Made by a program: the position numbers and the translations under genes
Notes under the pieces: model-generated
The model's input: only the letters and a program-made list of their open reading frames with translations
Told to the model about the DNA's origin: nothing
Databases searched by the model: none
Shown: positions 24,836 through 37,021 of the stretch, piece after piece
How positions within the stretch are numbered: the first letter of the stretch is position 1
How the letters are laid out: the number at the start of each line of letters is the position of its first letter
Assembly (NCBI RefSeq): GCF_964194155.1
Contig: NW_027597739.1
Span: 1-64,000 of the forward strand
Length of the DNA stretch: 64,000 nucleotides
From: Cetorhinus maximus
Lineage: Eukaryota
Direction: 5' to 3'

Positions 24836-26089
24836 ATGGACCAAAAGTGCGATCCGAATGTGCTCAGTGGAAGCTGCCGGCAGGGAAAGCGGAAGTTATT
24901 CCTTCAGCAGCACCGCTCTATAAACAGAAAGAGGGGGCATTGAAAATTAGTCTACTGTATGCAGTATCCTATTGCAGGAGAATTCGTTCCAAACAAAGAG
25001 AAGTGTGGTCTTGTGGAAAGATATGGAAATTAAACGCTAGAATGAAGTGAGGATAGGTTGTGGATGATGTGAGAAGTTATGAGTGTAATGTAAAAACAGT
25101 TTACAAACATCAAAATCCTACTGAGATTAATGCATTTAAATTTCCATAGGGTGCAATTTGAGATTCTGGAAGCTGTTATTCGGCTTCAGGTCTATATTTG
25201 CTAAAAGCTGCTTAAGGTTGGCATACTCCATGTTGATATTTAATTATGAAGAACTAATGATTAAGATGTACTTATCCAGTAACAATCAGCTGTTAACTAT
25301 TGCGGAGAGACTTCAACAAGAAGTGGTAACTAGATATTTTCTGTTAGTAGAAATTATAATCGGTAACAAAAATGGATTTATCAATTATCTTTGAACTCAT
25401 TCCATATTTTGAATTATTGATTTAGTTTATTTAAAACAAATTGCTTAACAGGAAGAATTGAAGTCCTCAATTTAAATTTAAATAGAAAAGCAACCATTCA
25501 TACACTGTCAGGCTTTGATATTCAGTGCACTTATACTCAGCATTGGAGCCAGAGCGTACAGCTACCCCTGGTCTTCTCCACAGCAATTCCTATTAGCAGT
25601 TATTTAAATTGCTATAATGTTTGCTAGAATCACTTTTGACTATTTACCACTTTTATTTGCTCCAACTGAAACACGAGGCTTTGAGAACAATTAATTAGAA
25701 ACAAACAATGCAAGAACATTTCAGTGGGTCAGGCAACATCATTGGAGAAGACAAAAGTTGATAAATTGTGTCTGGATGCAAACCCCGAGGAAGGGTCTGT
25801 ACCTAAAAGTTTGAAAGATTTCTGTACAGATGCTGTCTGACTTGCTGACAGTTGACTGGTTGATTTCACAGTTCACTTTGTAGAAACTGGTTCTTTTGCC
25901 AAGTACACTCTACACCCACATTTGTTTTCAAGCTGGATAGTGCTTTGCTGCTCTGAGTTTATTATTAACAAAAATAAATACAGGCACATGAACATTTAAC
26001 ATGAATTTGCATTATCTCAACATGGAGCTGTGCACTGTGGATTCATTCCAATAATTCTGCCTGAGAGTTTCGAGCTTCGTCTCAGAGCA

Positions 26090-26960
26090 AAAGTAGAGCC
26101 AGGCCACTTCCATCCCTTCTTTAATCCAAACAAACACCCATTTACCACATTATTTTACTTCCTGTCCATCAACTAATATTCCGTCCATGCTGCTAAATTT
26201 CTTCTTTACCATCTGCTTAAATTTTTTGTAACCAGCCTCATAACACACCTTATTGATACCCCGTTGAAAATCCATATATTATACACGTGCATTAGTCAGC
26301 AAATAATCACCTTCTTGAAAAGGTTCATTAAATTTGTCAAATGCCACTTGGTTTTAATAATTCTATGAAACCTGCCTTGGATAATCGTGTGCACCTCTAA
26401 ACACTCAGCAACTTAATCCTGAAATATGAATTCTAAGAATTTGTCCATATTTAACTTGATCTGGATTTCTCTGGCATACCCGTCTCTCTTCTGGAACAAA
26501 ACTATTAAATTAGCAATCCTCTCATTTCTTGCACATGTTGCATGTCTAAGGTGCATTGAAAAATTAGACCCAAAGCTATGCTGCATCCTCTCTGACTTTT
26601 TTTAACCAGTTTAGGGCGTATGCCATTGGGCCCCAGTCCAACTTATCCATCTTGAGTTCTGCCAAATTTTTAAAACCAATTCCTTTTCTACATTTATCTC
26701 TAATAATTGTTCCATATCCTCCACTAGTTTACCATTTCTAAACACTTAATACAAATATTAATTTGCTACTTCCTCCATAGAATAATCCTCCATAATTTGA
26801 TTTGACTCCCTTCATTCCTGAATAGTGTGTGATTTATTCAGATATTCTTTCACTTTTAACATGCTTCTAAAAGCTCATACTGCTTTATTATATATAATCT
26901 ACTAGTCTTTCTCATATTGTCCTTTAGAACCAATCAATCTTCCTTTTCATCACGCAACTA
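26090..26960 (-). mobile_element. Highly decayed CR1-type LINE fragment
   Basis: Patchy similarity to the RT region at 20300-20900. Confidence 0.45.
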
Positions 26961-27269
26961 TCTGTCGAGGAGCACAAAACAATTGTTAAAATAATCCCCC
27001 CCAGTGTGGAGGCCTTATTTCAGTCTTGTATGGAATGGGGTTTAATGGAAAGTTCACAGTTACCAATGCACAAGAGAAGCCTAAAATGCAATGAAGCCTC
27101 AGAAATAGTCAGGCTGCAATTGGGGCAAATGGTGTTCCATTCTACTTGCAGTTAGTATTTACTTTAAAGAGGGAATGAGTTTCTATTTTCTACATTTTTG
27201 CCTCTTTTGATCTGACCCCAGTAGGCACAGATGCGAAGTCAGATCAGTGTCATGTTACCATGCCCCTGC

Positions 27270-28990
27270 CACATTTTTTTATATTCATTCATTGGATGTG
27301 GGCATCACTGGAAAGGCCAGTATTCATCACCCATCCCTAATGCAAAGGCCATGAGTTTGGAACGTGCTGTCGAAGAAGCCTTGGCAAAATGCTACAATGC
27401 ACCTTCTGCTGGGACACACTGCTGTCATTCTGTGTTGATGGTGGAGGGAGCTTTTTAAAAATGTATTCTTCGGTGGGATGTGAGTGTTGATGGCAAGGCC
27501 ATCATTTGTTGCCCACCTGTAATTGCCTGTGAACTGAGTGGCTTTCTGGGCCATTTCAGAGGGCAGTTAAGAGTCAACCACGTTTCAGTGGATCTGGAGT
27601 CACATGTAGACCAGACCAGGTAAGGACGGCAGATTTTGTTCCCTAAAGGGCATTAGCGAACCAGATGGGTTTTTACAACAGTCAAGATAGCTTCATGGTC
27701 ACCATTACTGAGACAAGCTTTCAATTCCAGATTTTATTAATTGAATTTAAATTCCACCAGTAAATGGTGGGATTTGAACCCATGTCACCACAGCAATAGT
27801 CTGGGCCTCTGGATTACTAGCTCAGTGACATTACCACTACATCACCATCTCCCCCAAAGTGACATGCCAATCAAACAAACTGCTTTGTCCTGGATGATAT
27901 CGTTTTTATTGAGCGGTATTGGAACTGCATTCATCCAAGCAGTTGCGTAGTATTCCGTTATACTCATGACTTGTGCCTTGTAGGTGATGGTGAAAGGACT
28001 AATATAGAATGCCCAGCCTCTGACCTGTTCTTGCAGCAACAGTATTTTTATGGCTTGCCCAGTTAAGTTTTTGTTCAATGGCACCCCTGAAGATGTTGAT
28101 GATCAGGAATTCAGCAAAGGCAATTCCATTGAATGTCAAGGGCAGATGGTTATATTCTCCCTTGTTGACAATAGCCATTGCATTTTACTTGTATGCTGTG
28201 AATGTTACTTGCCACATATCAACCCAAGCATGAATGTTGTCCAGATCTTGCTATTTGTGGGCATGGACTACTTCAGCATCTGAGGAGTTGTAAATGGAAC
28301 TGAACACTGCAATCATCAGTGAGCATCACCACTTCTGGCCTTATGATGGAGGGAAGTTCATTGATGGTGCATCTGAAGATGTTTGGGCCTGAGGAACTCC
28401 TGCAACATTGTCATGAGCCTGAGGTGGTTGACCTCCAACATCCACAACTATCTTTCTTTGTGATAGATATAATTCCAACTTGCTCTGTTTCCCATTTTAG
28501 TTTTAATTTTGCTAGCGTTGCTTGATGTTATACTCAGTCAAATGCTGCCTTATTGTCAAGGGCAGTGAATCTCATCTCACACTGGAATTCAACTCTTTTG
28601 TCCACGTTTAGACGAAGGCTGTTTCGATGTCTGGAGCCAAGTGGTCCTGGTGAAACCCTAACTGAGCATCAGTAGGCCTATTGGTAAATAGCACTATTGA
28701 CAACACCTTCCATTACTTGGCTGATGATAAGATTTGATTTCTTCTACTTTTTGTGGTCAGGACATAACTCGACATTTTTCACTTTACTGGGTAGTTCGGG
28801 AGGACAAGTCTTCAGCGTTATAGCTGTTCAGCCATTTCTTGACATCACGTGGAGTGAATCGACTTGGATGAAGATTGGCTTCAATGGAGACTGAAATGGA
28901 TCAAACACCCCACAATTCTGGCTGAAGATGGCTGAACAAGTTTAGCCTTGGCTTTTACACTGGTGTGCTGGGCTCCATTATCATTTGTAC
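27270..28990 (-). mobile_element. CR1/L2-group LINE 3' part containing a nested SINE
   Basis: Homologous to 43310-45340 (for example IQDKAVCLIG). It is split by the SINE at 27455-27856. Confidence 0.75.
27455..27856 (-). mobile_element. tRNA-derived SINE with LINE-derived 3' tail
   Basis: On the minus strand, A-box-like GGTGATGTAGTGG and B-box GGTTCAAATCCC. The 3' tail resembles that of the surrounding LINE family. Confidence 0.7.
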
Positions 28991-31900
28991 TATTTTGCGA
29001 GTAGATACATGAAAATGTGCCAAGGTGACTTGATTATCAGTATTTTTCCTCATCCCTATTATCCTCTTTGGGAAAGTCCAAGGCCTTTTCTCTGCACAGC
29101 TTCCTCTCAGCACAGCTAAAATTAGGGACCCTACCCCGCCGTGGGGAATTGTTGATATAAATTTGCATCCCACTATAGTCAGTAGCACAACTTGCTGGAG
29201 TTCTTATTTATGGTATCCCATTGACCCAGACATTTTTGGAATTGAAGGACTTATCATGGTAAATAATGATATTCAGCAATAAATAAAGGAATGCAACTCT
29301 CAAGGAAATACGTTAAAAGCACCTGCGACTGCAAACCTAAATTCACAGTTTGTGAACTTATATAGGAACCTAAATTTTGTAACAGTTATAATTTTTATCT
29401 CTCAGGGTATTGAGGTATGTTATACACCATTCCTGCACTGACCACTATATGTCAAATCTTGTCCTCCGTGAAGTAATAGTCCAAGCAGTCACCAGTGATG
29501 AGTTGTATCAAGTCGACTGAGGTAAAATGTGTCAGGATGGACTGAACCTTTCTGTCTCCATTTTTGGATGTGGCTGTTTATTAAAATTAACCAATAAGAC
29601 AGAAATTAAAAGTGAGTATCACAATATGAGTTTGCCATCTATTTTTAAATGAACGCAAAGAAGTACCAACAATTGAGGTTGTAACTGATAAGAAAGTCAC
29701 ACTTTTGGTGTTGTGGAATCAGCTGTGGAGTATGGTCAAATCAGTCAGTCAGCATCTATTAACAAGCATTGTACAGAGTAAAGGAGGGAGAATGGGCTGG
29801 GGGTATGTACAATGGAAATATAGGTAGATTTTTCTGCAATCTACTTAAAAGATAACCACAAGATATTGTTAGATGGCAGTGATAATATTCACATCAGACG
29901 AATATCATCCCAGTCACTTCAGAATCCCCTGTTTTTGTTTTAAACAAGTTACAAATCAGTCCACCAATATATTGCATTTCCTTGCATTTTCCCTTCCCCC
30001 TCCCCTTTTGTTCTGATTTTATTAAAAAGCTGCTTTATCTTTCAGTGTATGGTTCTGAAGAAGGGCCGGCCTGCTGAGTGTTTTCAGCATTTTCCACTTT
30101 TTCTTTAAGATTTCCAACATATATTTTACGTCTTTTTTTTACGGAATACTATCAGTCATGTTAAATATGTTTACATGTTTCCACTAGTGATGCTATAACT
30201 GCTATCGACAAATCATAAAAAATTGCCAACCAGCTAATAACTATAATAACCATCACATGTGCCTTCACATTTGAATTTGCAGTGACTATTCTAATCAAAA
30301 TACTCTCAGGCAACAAGAAAATAAAATAAAAATAATTGAAAATCTGAGCTCACTTCACAAGTAAAATTATTTTGTTGGGTCTTTGGAAATATTTGTTAGA
30401 ACTAGAGACCTGTGGGTTTTTTTTTAAGGCAAAGATTTTTGGCTCATTGCCCAATAAGGGTTTAAAAAATTCATGCGTAACATCAGACTGAATATGACTC
30501 TTGCATAATTTATAAATTGCACCAAATACAGCATTTTAATATATTTTATAGATTGTTTAATCAATACAAAAGTATCTAACAAAACAGCCTTATGAGAATT
30601 TCAATTTTTGCTTGGTAATGTAATGTACCTTAATTAACCTTACAGCGGATGTATGTAATTTACTGCGTGAAGCTCAGCTTAATGTTGAGTTAGCATACAA
30701 TGGTGGAAGTAATGCACAAAAACACACTAAGACATTTCCACTGATCCCAGAAGTGAAAAACATTGTTTTCTATTTAAATTCAGCTTCCGTGCCTAAGTAC
30801 AAAATACAGAAATAGACTGTTAAGGTTATTGGTTCCTATTGTGATGTCATCAGACCTTCATGACCTCCTAATTTATTTACATAATTGTTAACTGCATGAG
30901 CTGCTTAAATAATCTGATTTACATGACAGTCTGTGGGTCAGAGCAAGGCTAGGTTTCACAGCATTATAAAACTATTCACATCTATTCCCATTATTTTCCA
31001 TAGAACTGCAGTATTTTATGCAATTTAGAGGCGATCTACATGATTTTCTGCTTTTATCCTTTTAATTCACTCTGTATATATGAGAACAAGTGTCTAACTA
31101 GTAAAGTAATTGGCTAGCACTCTTCCTTGAAGAAATGTTCCAGAATAAGGCCCGACCAATGGTCTTCCCCCCCCTTCTGTGATTGGCCATAAAATACATA
31201 ACTATATTTTGTTTTAAAAACATCTATTTCTAGCTTAATTTTTGTTTTGAAAATGTAACTGGATTTTGAAACAATGCCATAGCTGCCAAGGTTTATGAAT
31301 GGAAGTGCACTGTTCTGTCACTGTGAACTGAATTTTAACTTTCAACCCTGCTCCCAGCAGGCAAGACAGGCAGCGTATCAGGAAACGGAAGTTTAAGCAG
31401 TGCATTTGTTGTTTTTTTGTAATCCAGCAATTGCATTTCTGTCTGACTTGTGGATTTTCTGAGCAGTTGGAGTGATTGGGAGTGATGACAATCTGCATCA
31501 GTCCCTCCCAGCATCACTATTGAAAGGGATCCTGCGAGGCTGGGACTTGAAAGGCGGCTGAGATATGTAAACTGACCCAAAAGCAGCAGAAAGGGAGGCT
31601 CGACATGGCAAGGCAGCACCACGCTTCACCATTATGCTTCTGGAGATTGATGCTGTGGGTTGTAAAGGTCCGCAGGGAGATTCTGTTCCTCACAGATGGG
31701 AGAACAAATGTTACCATCGAGAAATAGCTGGCGTGGTTGCAAGTGGCAGAGGAAGGTCAGCAGCAGGAATGTGGTGCCTTCCTCCTGGATAGAATGCCAC
31801 ATGAGGTTCAGTGAACTAATCAAGACAGGAAATGTGAGCGGCATATAACACTCAGGTACAATGCTTTCCCAAGCCTTCTCCTGCACATCACTCATACCAA

Positions 31901-33984
31901 CACACGTTGCAGACCACCCAGCACCCTGTCAAGGCACTTCCTCTGACCAGCCACCACTGACACTAACCCTCATCTTATTGCAATGTCACACCCATCTCTC
32001 ACACTTGCCCTCCACAAGTCTTGTCCTTCCATCCTCTCAAAATATTCCACTTCTCACACTCATAGTGTCTTCTTTCTCTCCTTGCAGGAGAACACCAGGG
32101 AGAGGCAGAGAACCAGAGGTGGCCCTCCAGTCATCTCCACTTTGACAGCTGCAGTGGAGGAAGTGTGTTGGAGATAAGCTGGGTCTTGGCTTGACTGACC
32201 ACTGGAGATAGAGTGATAGGGGTTTCCCAGCTACTTGGTGACAGAATTAAATCTCACACAGCATCAGCAGGCAGTGAAAGATGACAATGTACACAACGAT
32301 GCCTTAGAACCTTCTCACCTCGTCTGTTGTAATTCATATCTTCCATCTCCCACAAACTCTTCAAGCATCCATCAGAAGGTGGTACAGGAGGAATACAAAG
32401 ACCCTCCAGAGGAAGCCATGCAAACTGAGGGTTCACCGTCACCATCCACCAGCTTAAGCACACCTTGGTGGGGCCACCAAGTCAGGTAGTTGGGTTCTCC
32501 CATAGTGAATCTCACATCACGTGAGCAGGAGCACATGTTGGAGAAAGGTACAGCAGTGGAGAGTCCCTGTTGGAAGACACAGGGCCCTCCAAGCTCTGCT
32601 CAGCTGGACACAGATTCTGCGCCTTGGGGGCTGTTGATGAAGGGGACTATTCTGGCAAAGCAGCAAAAAAAATCTGAGGTTATGTTTGCCTTGCTATGGC
32701 ACTGCGCATAATCAGAGAGATTGGAGGAGTTGTCTCTAAAATGGATGCCATTATGGCTGGGATTTTCCAGCCCTGTTGACATCGGGCATCGTGGCAGGCA
32801 GGAGGGAACGACAATATGGCAAGAAGACCACAAATCAGTTTCACGCCATCGTGAAACCAGTTTGCAACCGTCCGCTCCACCTGTCAATGGCCGTGTTTCC
32901 CACTGCCCCATGTCAGGAACCTAATTTCAATACTTTAGCACCTCATTATCAGCCCTGATTGCCGGAATCATCCCCCCATGTCAAATTTATCGCCCACGTC
33001 GGTGTGACTTCAGAACAGCGTGCTTCACGACTGCCTTTAAAAGATGTGCACCTGGCGACCTGAACTTCAAGGGGAACTTGGAGGTGAGTGTGCATAACCA
33101 CTCACATTCTGCACATAACCTTGCACAGTGCTCGTGAGTGTCGCCCGTAGGACATCAAGGAAGAGGCGCCCTGCATTTGGGGGAGGGAGGGAAGCACAGG
33201 CAAGTCGCGTTTTCCTGGCTGGCGTTCAGTGCAGTGCTGGTGCAAGGGCTCCAGTGCAGGTCAGCCTGGGGGAGAGGTGGGGTGGGGGCCAAGGCAGCAC
33301 AGACTGAAGGAAGTACTCAAGCACATGCCCAGGGTGTAGGGGGAGGGGTGGGGTGTGGGAAGCAGCCACACATTTGGAAAAGCTTGTCAAAAGTGAGCAT
33401 TGTCCCGTGCTGAGACCGTTCAGCTGCAGCTACATTGATGTGGTTGGAGTTGGGACTCTGAAGCATCTCTGCCCACTCAAGCAACGCAAAAGCATGAATG
33501 TGCCACCAAGTGCTGCAGAACTTTTCACCCCTCGGTGCAGACTGCAAATTAATGTGCATTTTAGGAGGCAGCAGAACTGGACAAGTTGTAGAATTCCCTT
33601 GTGAAAGGTGGCCATGGCGCAGTCACTGGTGGAGGTGCTCACGGTCCCTTGCAATGACTTTATGAAGGTTTGGAACAGTATACATCATGATTCAAGCTAA
33701 CAGCGCAGCCTTGCAGTGCAGGTTAGGAGAATGTCTGCATTTGAGCTGAGAGCACAGCATGCAGTCCAGTGGGCAAAGCTGCCGCCAATCGGTCAAGTGG
33801 AGTGGGGCAGAGGTGAATGAGGTTTTGGGTAGCCAATGAGTGCACTACACACTGGCCATCCAGTGCTGGCCACCACTTGGTGGCCAGCACTCTCTGGCAT
33901 GTGTGAAGGGGCCTTCAGACTTAACCAAGAGAGGTTCTTAGGACAGATATGCTAACCCACGCGTCACTCTCTTTGATCCTACAG

Positions 33985-35219
33985 GAGGAGAATAGCAGGA
34001 TCGTGGAAGCCTGGTGATTTAGCGGTATGCCTCTTGGCTTTCAGAGAGTACAGAAGAAGAGAGCGGCGGAGGTACCTGGCTCAGCAAAGTAAGTAGCACC
34101 TCCCTCAAGGTGAAGGAGCAGCCTGCTGCACATGCAGCTGCAGATCCAAGGCGAGCTGTCACTTGTCGGCACCTCACTAGACCCAGGGCCTATAGACAGC
34201 TGTCATTCCTGCAGATGACTGAGAACCAGTGTCACCAAAGACTGCACATGTCTAGGAAACTGGTTGGTCACATATGCCACCTGCTGCACCCACGGGGACC
34301 TGGACGGCATCTACTACCAATGGCCGTGAAAGTGACTGTGGTGCTCAATTTTTACGCCAGTTGCTCCTTCCAGGGCTGCACAGGTGACCTGTGCAGGATT
34401 TCGCAAGCCTCCACACACAAATGCATCGAGGAGGTCACGGACACCATTTGCGTGTAAGGCACAGAACTTTGTGCATTTTGCCCAGCATCAGGAAAGCCAG
34501 GAAGCAAGAGCGCTGGGATTTGTGCAGATCTCTGGTTTTCCGCAAGTGCAGGGTGCCATTGACTGCACTCACCTGGTGCTTAGATCTCCATGGCAACAAG
34601 CAGTCAACTACATCAACCACAGTGGGCTTCCACTCACTGAATGTTCAGCTGGTGTGCAACCACCACAAACGCATTCTGCGGGTCTGCGCACGATTCCCAG
34701 GAAGCATGCACGACCCCTTCATCCTCAGCAGGTCTCAGATCACTGACATCTTCCAGGGTCCAGACAGGTTGCAGGGTTGGCTCGTCGGGGACAAGGGGAC
34801 ACAGGACGTGGCTGATGATGTCCATGCGGCAGCCTCAGACTACAGCAGAGAGTGATGGTATAGTGAGGCTCCTGCTGCAACCCGGACTTTGGTGGAGCAA
34901 ATGATAGGCATTTTAAAAATGAGGTCCCGGTGCCTCGACAGGCCCAGTGGAGCATTGCAATACAGTCCCCAGAGGGTGTCACGCATTATCGTCGCTTGCT
35001 ACGCGCTACACAACCTGGCGCTGTAAGAGGGGGAGGACCTGCCTGACTGAGAAGGAGATGGAGGAGCTGCAGGTAAGCTCCGATGAGGAGGACATCGAAG
35101 GGGATGATGAAGGTGAGGACGCCAGCGATGAGGCCATCGCACTGGTCAGATGAGGCAGGTGGACTCGGGAGGCCCTCATAGCCGTAAGATTCATGGAGGA
35201 TGATGATGAGATACAGTGA
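33985..35219 (+). pseudogene. Harbinger/HARBI1-like DDE transposase, disrupted
   Basis: Motifs GFPQVQGAIDCTH, GFHSLNVQLVC, FPGSMHDPFIL, WLVGDKG, VEQMIGILKMR and LHNLA, plus an acidic tail, spread over several frames. Confidence 0.9.
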
Positions 35220-35952
35220 GGACACTCCTGACATCCTCACCTTGCATCTGTGAACGTTTAACTCCTGTGTGGCTGATGGCAGCGCACACACCCTCAGTGC
35301 TCAGGCTCATGTCATGGAGGTGCAACCGAGGCCCTACTAGTCGCTAGATTCCAGGAGGATGAAGCTATGCAGTGAGAACACTCCATAGATCTTCACATTG
35401 CCTCTAAGAATATCTGACTCCTGTCTGGCTGAGGGCAGCTCACTTGCACTCTGCGATCAGGGTCATATCATGGAGATGTAGCTGTGAAACTTTAAATGCA
35501 TCTGATCCTTCGCCAAACTTCAGCACCTGTCCCGTTCAGGAGCACAGCATCATCGGTCACAGGTATTGGCGAGATGGGGGCCAGCCCCACCTCAAAGGTG
35601 CTGAGAGCACACAGAGAGAATGATGGAACTCTGTGACACCTGCCCACACATTCTGGCAGCAATGACAAGCACCATCAAGGTGCAGACATCAATAATGTGT
35701 CCAGTGAGTGTGAGGCCGGACCATCACTTTGGTTTAAGATTACACACTGCAGGGAAGAGGCCCTGGACTGAGACACCTGCCTTTATTTTGTGCAGAAACC
35801 AAGGTTTCATATCTGAGTGACACGAACACTGCTCATCATAACAAGGAGCCATAGAAGAAGAGTCATTCTTGGGAGTTTATTTACAATAGTGAACATTATG
35901 TACAAATGACTAACACCTGTGCCCATGCTGTGCAATTACATCTTCTTAACTT

Positions 35953-37021
35953 TCATAACCCTGCGCCATGTCTTGGTGCTCCCTTGACACCCACAGTGGA
36001 GGTGGAAGCAGCCTGCTGACTGCTATGCCCTCTCTGTGATGACCTTGGCGGGTGTCCTGTAGAGGGCTGAGACCTGGAGGGCCCCAGTATGCTTTCGTCC
36101 TGCTGTCTGGCAGTGGCATACTCCTCAGCCTCTGGAGCTGGAGCTGCTGAGGTCACAGGATGAGAGAATTCAAAAGGGCCAGACACTCCTGGAGTCACCT
36201 GGATTGATGGCCCCTAGGTGTGCACCTGCTGATCCTCCTCCCTATGGGTCCTGGCTGACTCCTTGAGGAGAAGGGTAGCTAGAGTGAGATTGAGCTGCAC
36301 CACACCCCTCTCGCATTGACATTGCTGGAAGCCAAGTATTGTGTGAGCAGTGGTGTTCAGCTCGCGCAGCAGTGCAGGAGCGACACACTGGACCAAAGTC
36401 TCACCATCAGCACAGGAGCAGCCCAGATCATCATGGGCCAGCTGGATGACTCTATTCTCAAAGCCTGTGAGGACCTTGATGTCAGGCGTTCCTCCTCCTG
36501 TCTGCGACCTCTCCCTTTTGTTGCTTGTCAGCTTGTCTTGCTTGAAAACAGAAAGAGAGAGCATAAGCAAGAAGCCTGCCTGGCCAGATGAGAAGGATGC
36601 CTGGGATGTGTGGGTGCTGAGTGGTGCCATGGATGGGATGAGGACACGATCCGCAGAGCAGATGAAGGTCTGTGTGGGAGAAAGTGAATGGTGATGTCCC
36701 TTGAACTGGCAGTGAGTGAGTGGATGTGTGATGGGTTTGCGAGTCTGAGTGTCGAGAGTGATAAGAAGAGTGATTTATCCTGGTGGAACAGAGGAGATCA
36801 TTAATCCTCTTTCGGCACTGGGAGGCTGACCTTTTTTGCAGGGCATCGGTGCTGACCACTGCTGCCACCGCCTCCCATGCTGGATTGGTGACCTTGTTTG
36901 CTGGCCTTTGCCCAGAGCAGGGGTAGAGGTCTTCACGGTGGGCCTCCATTGTGCCCAGTAGGTGGCCGAGGGAGGCATCACTAAATTTGGGGGCAGCATA
37001 TTTCCTACCTTTGGCGGCCAT
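35953..37021 (-). pseudogene. Harbinger Myb/SANT-like DNA-binding partner protein
   Basis: Exon 1 MAAKGRKYAAPKFSDASLGHLL...AWEAVAAVVS...SQCRKRINDL. Exon 2 DKLTSNKRERSQTGGGTPDIKVLT follows a TTTTCAAG acceptor. Confidence 0.85.

Noticed and set aside
30550-31000. Unique AT-rich stretch with TAAT motifs, a possible conserved enhancer (similar at about 25040-25700)
   Set aside because: Conservation cannot be judged without alignments.
31150-31200. CCAAT / ATTGG / CATAAAA cluster resembling a core promoter
   Set aside because: Short motifs expected by chance, with no downstream exon or CpG enrichment.
33985-35219. Host gene HARBI1 (also 62497-63698), and NAIF1/MSANTD for the Myb ORFs
   Set aside because: Multiple frameshifted copies within transposon termini indicate transposon pseudogenes, not domesticated genes.
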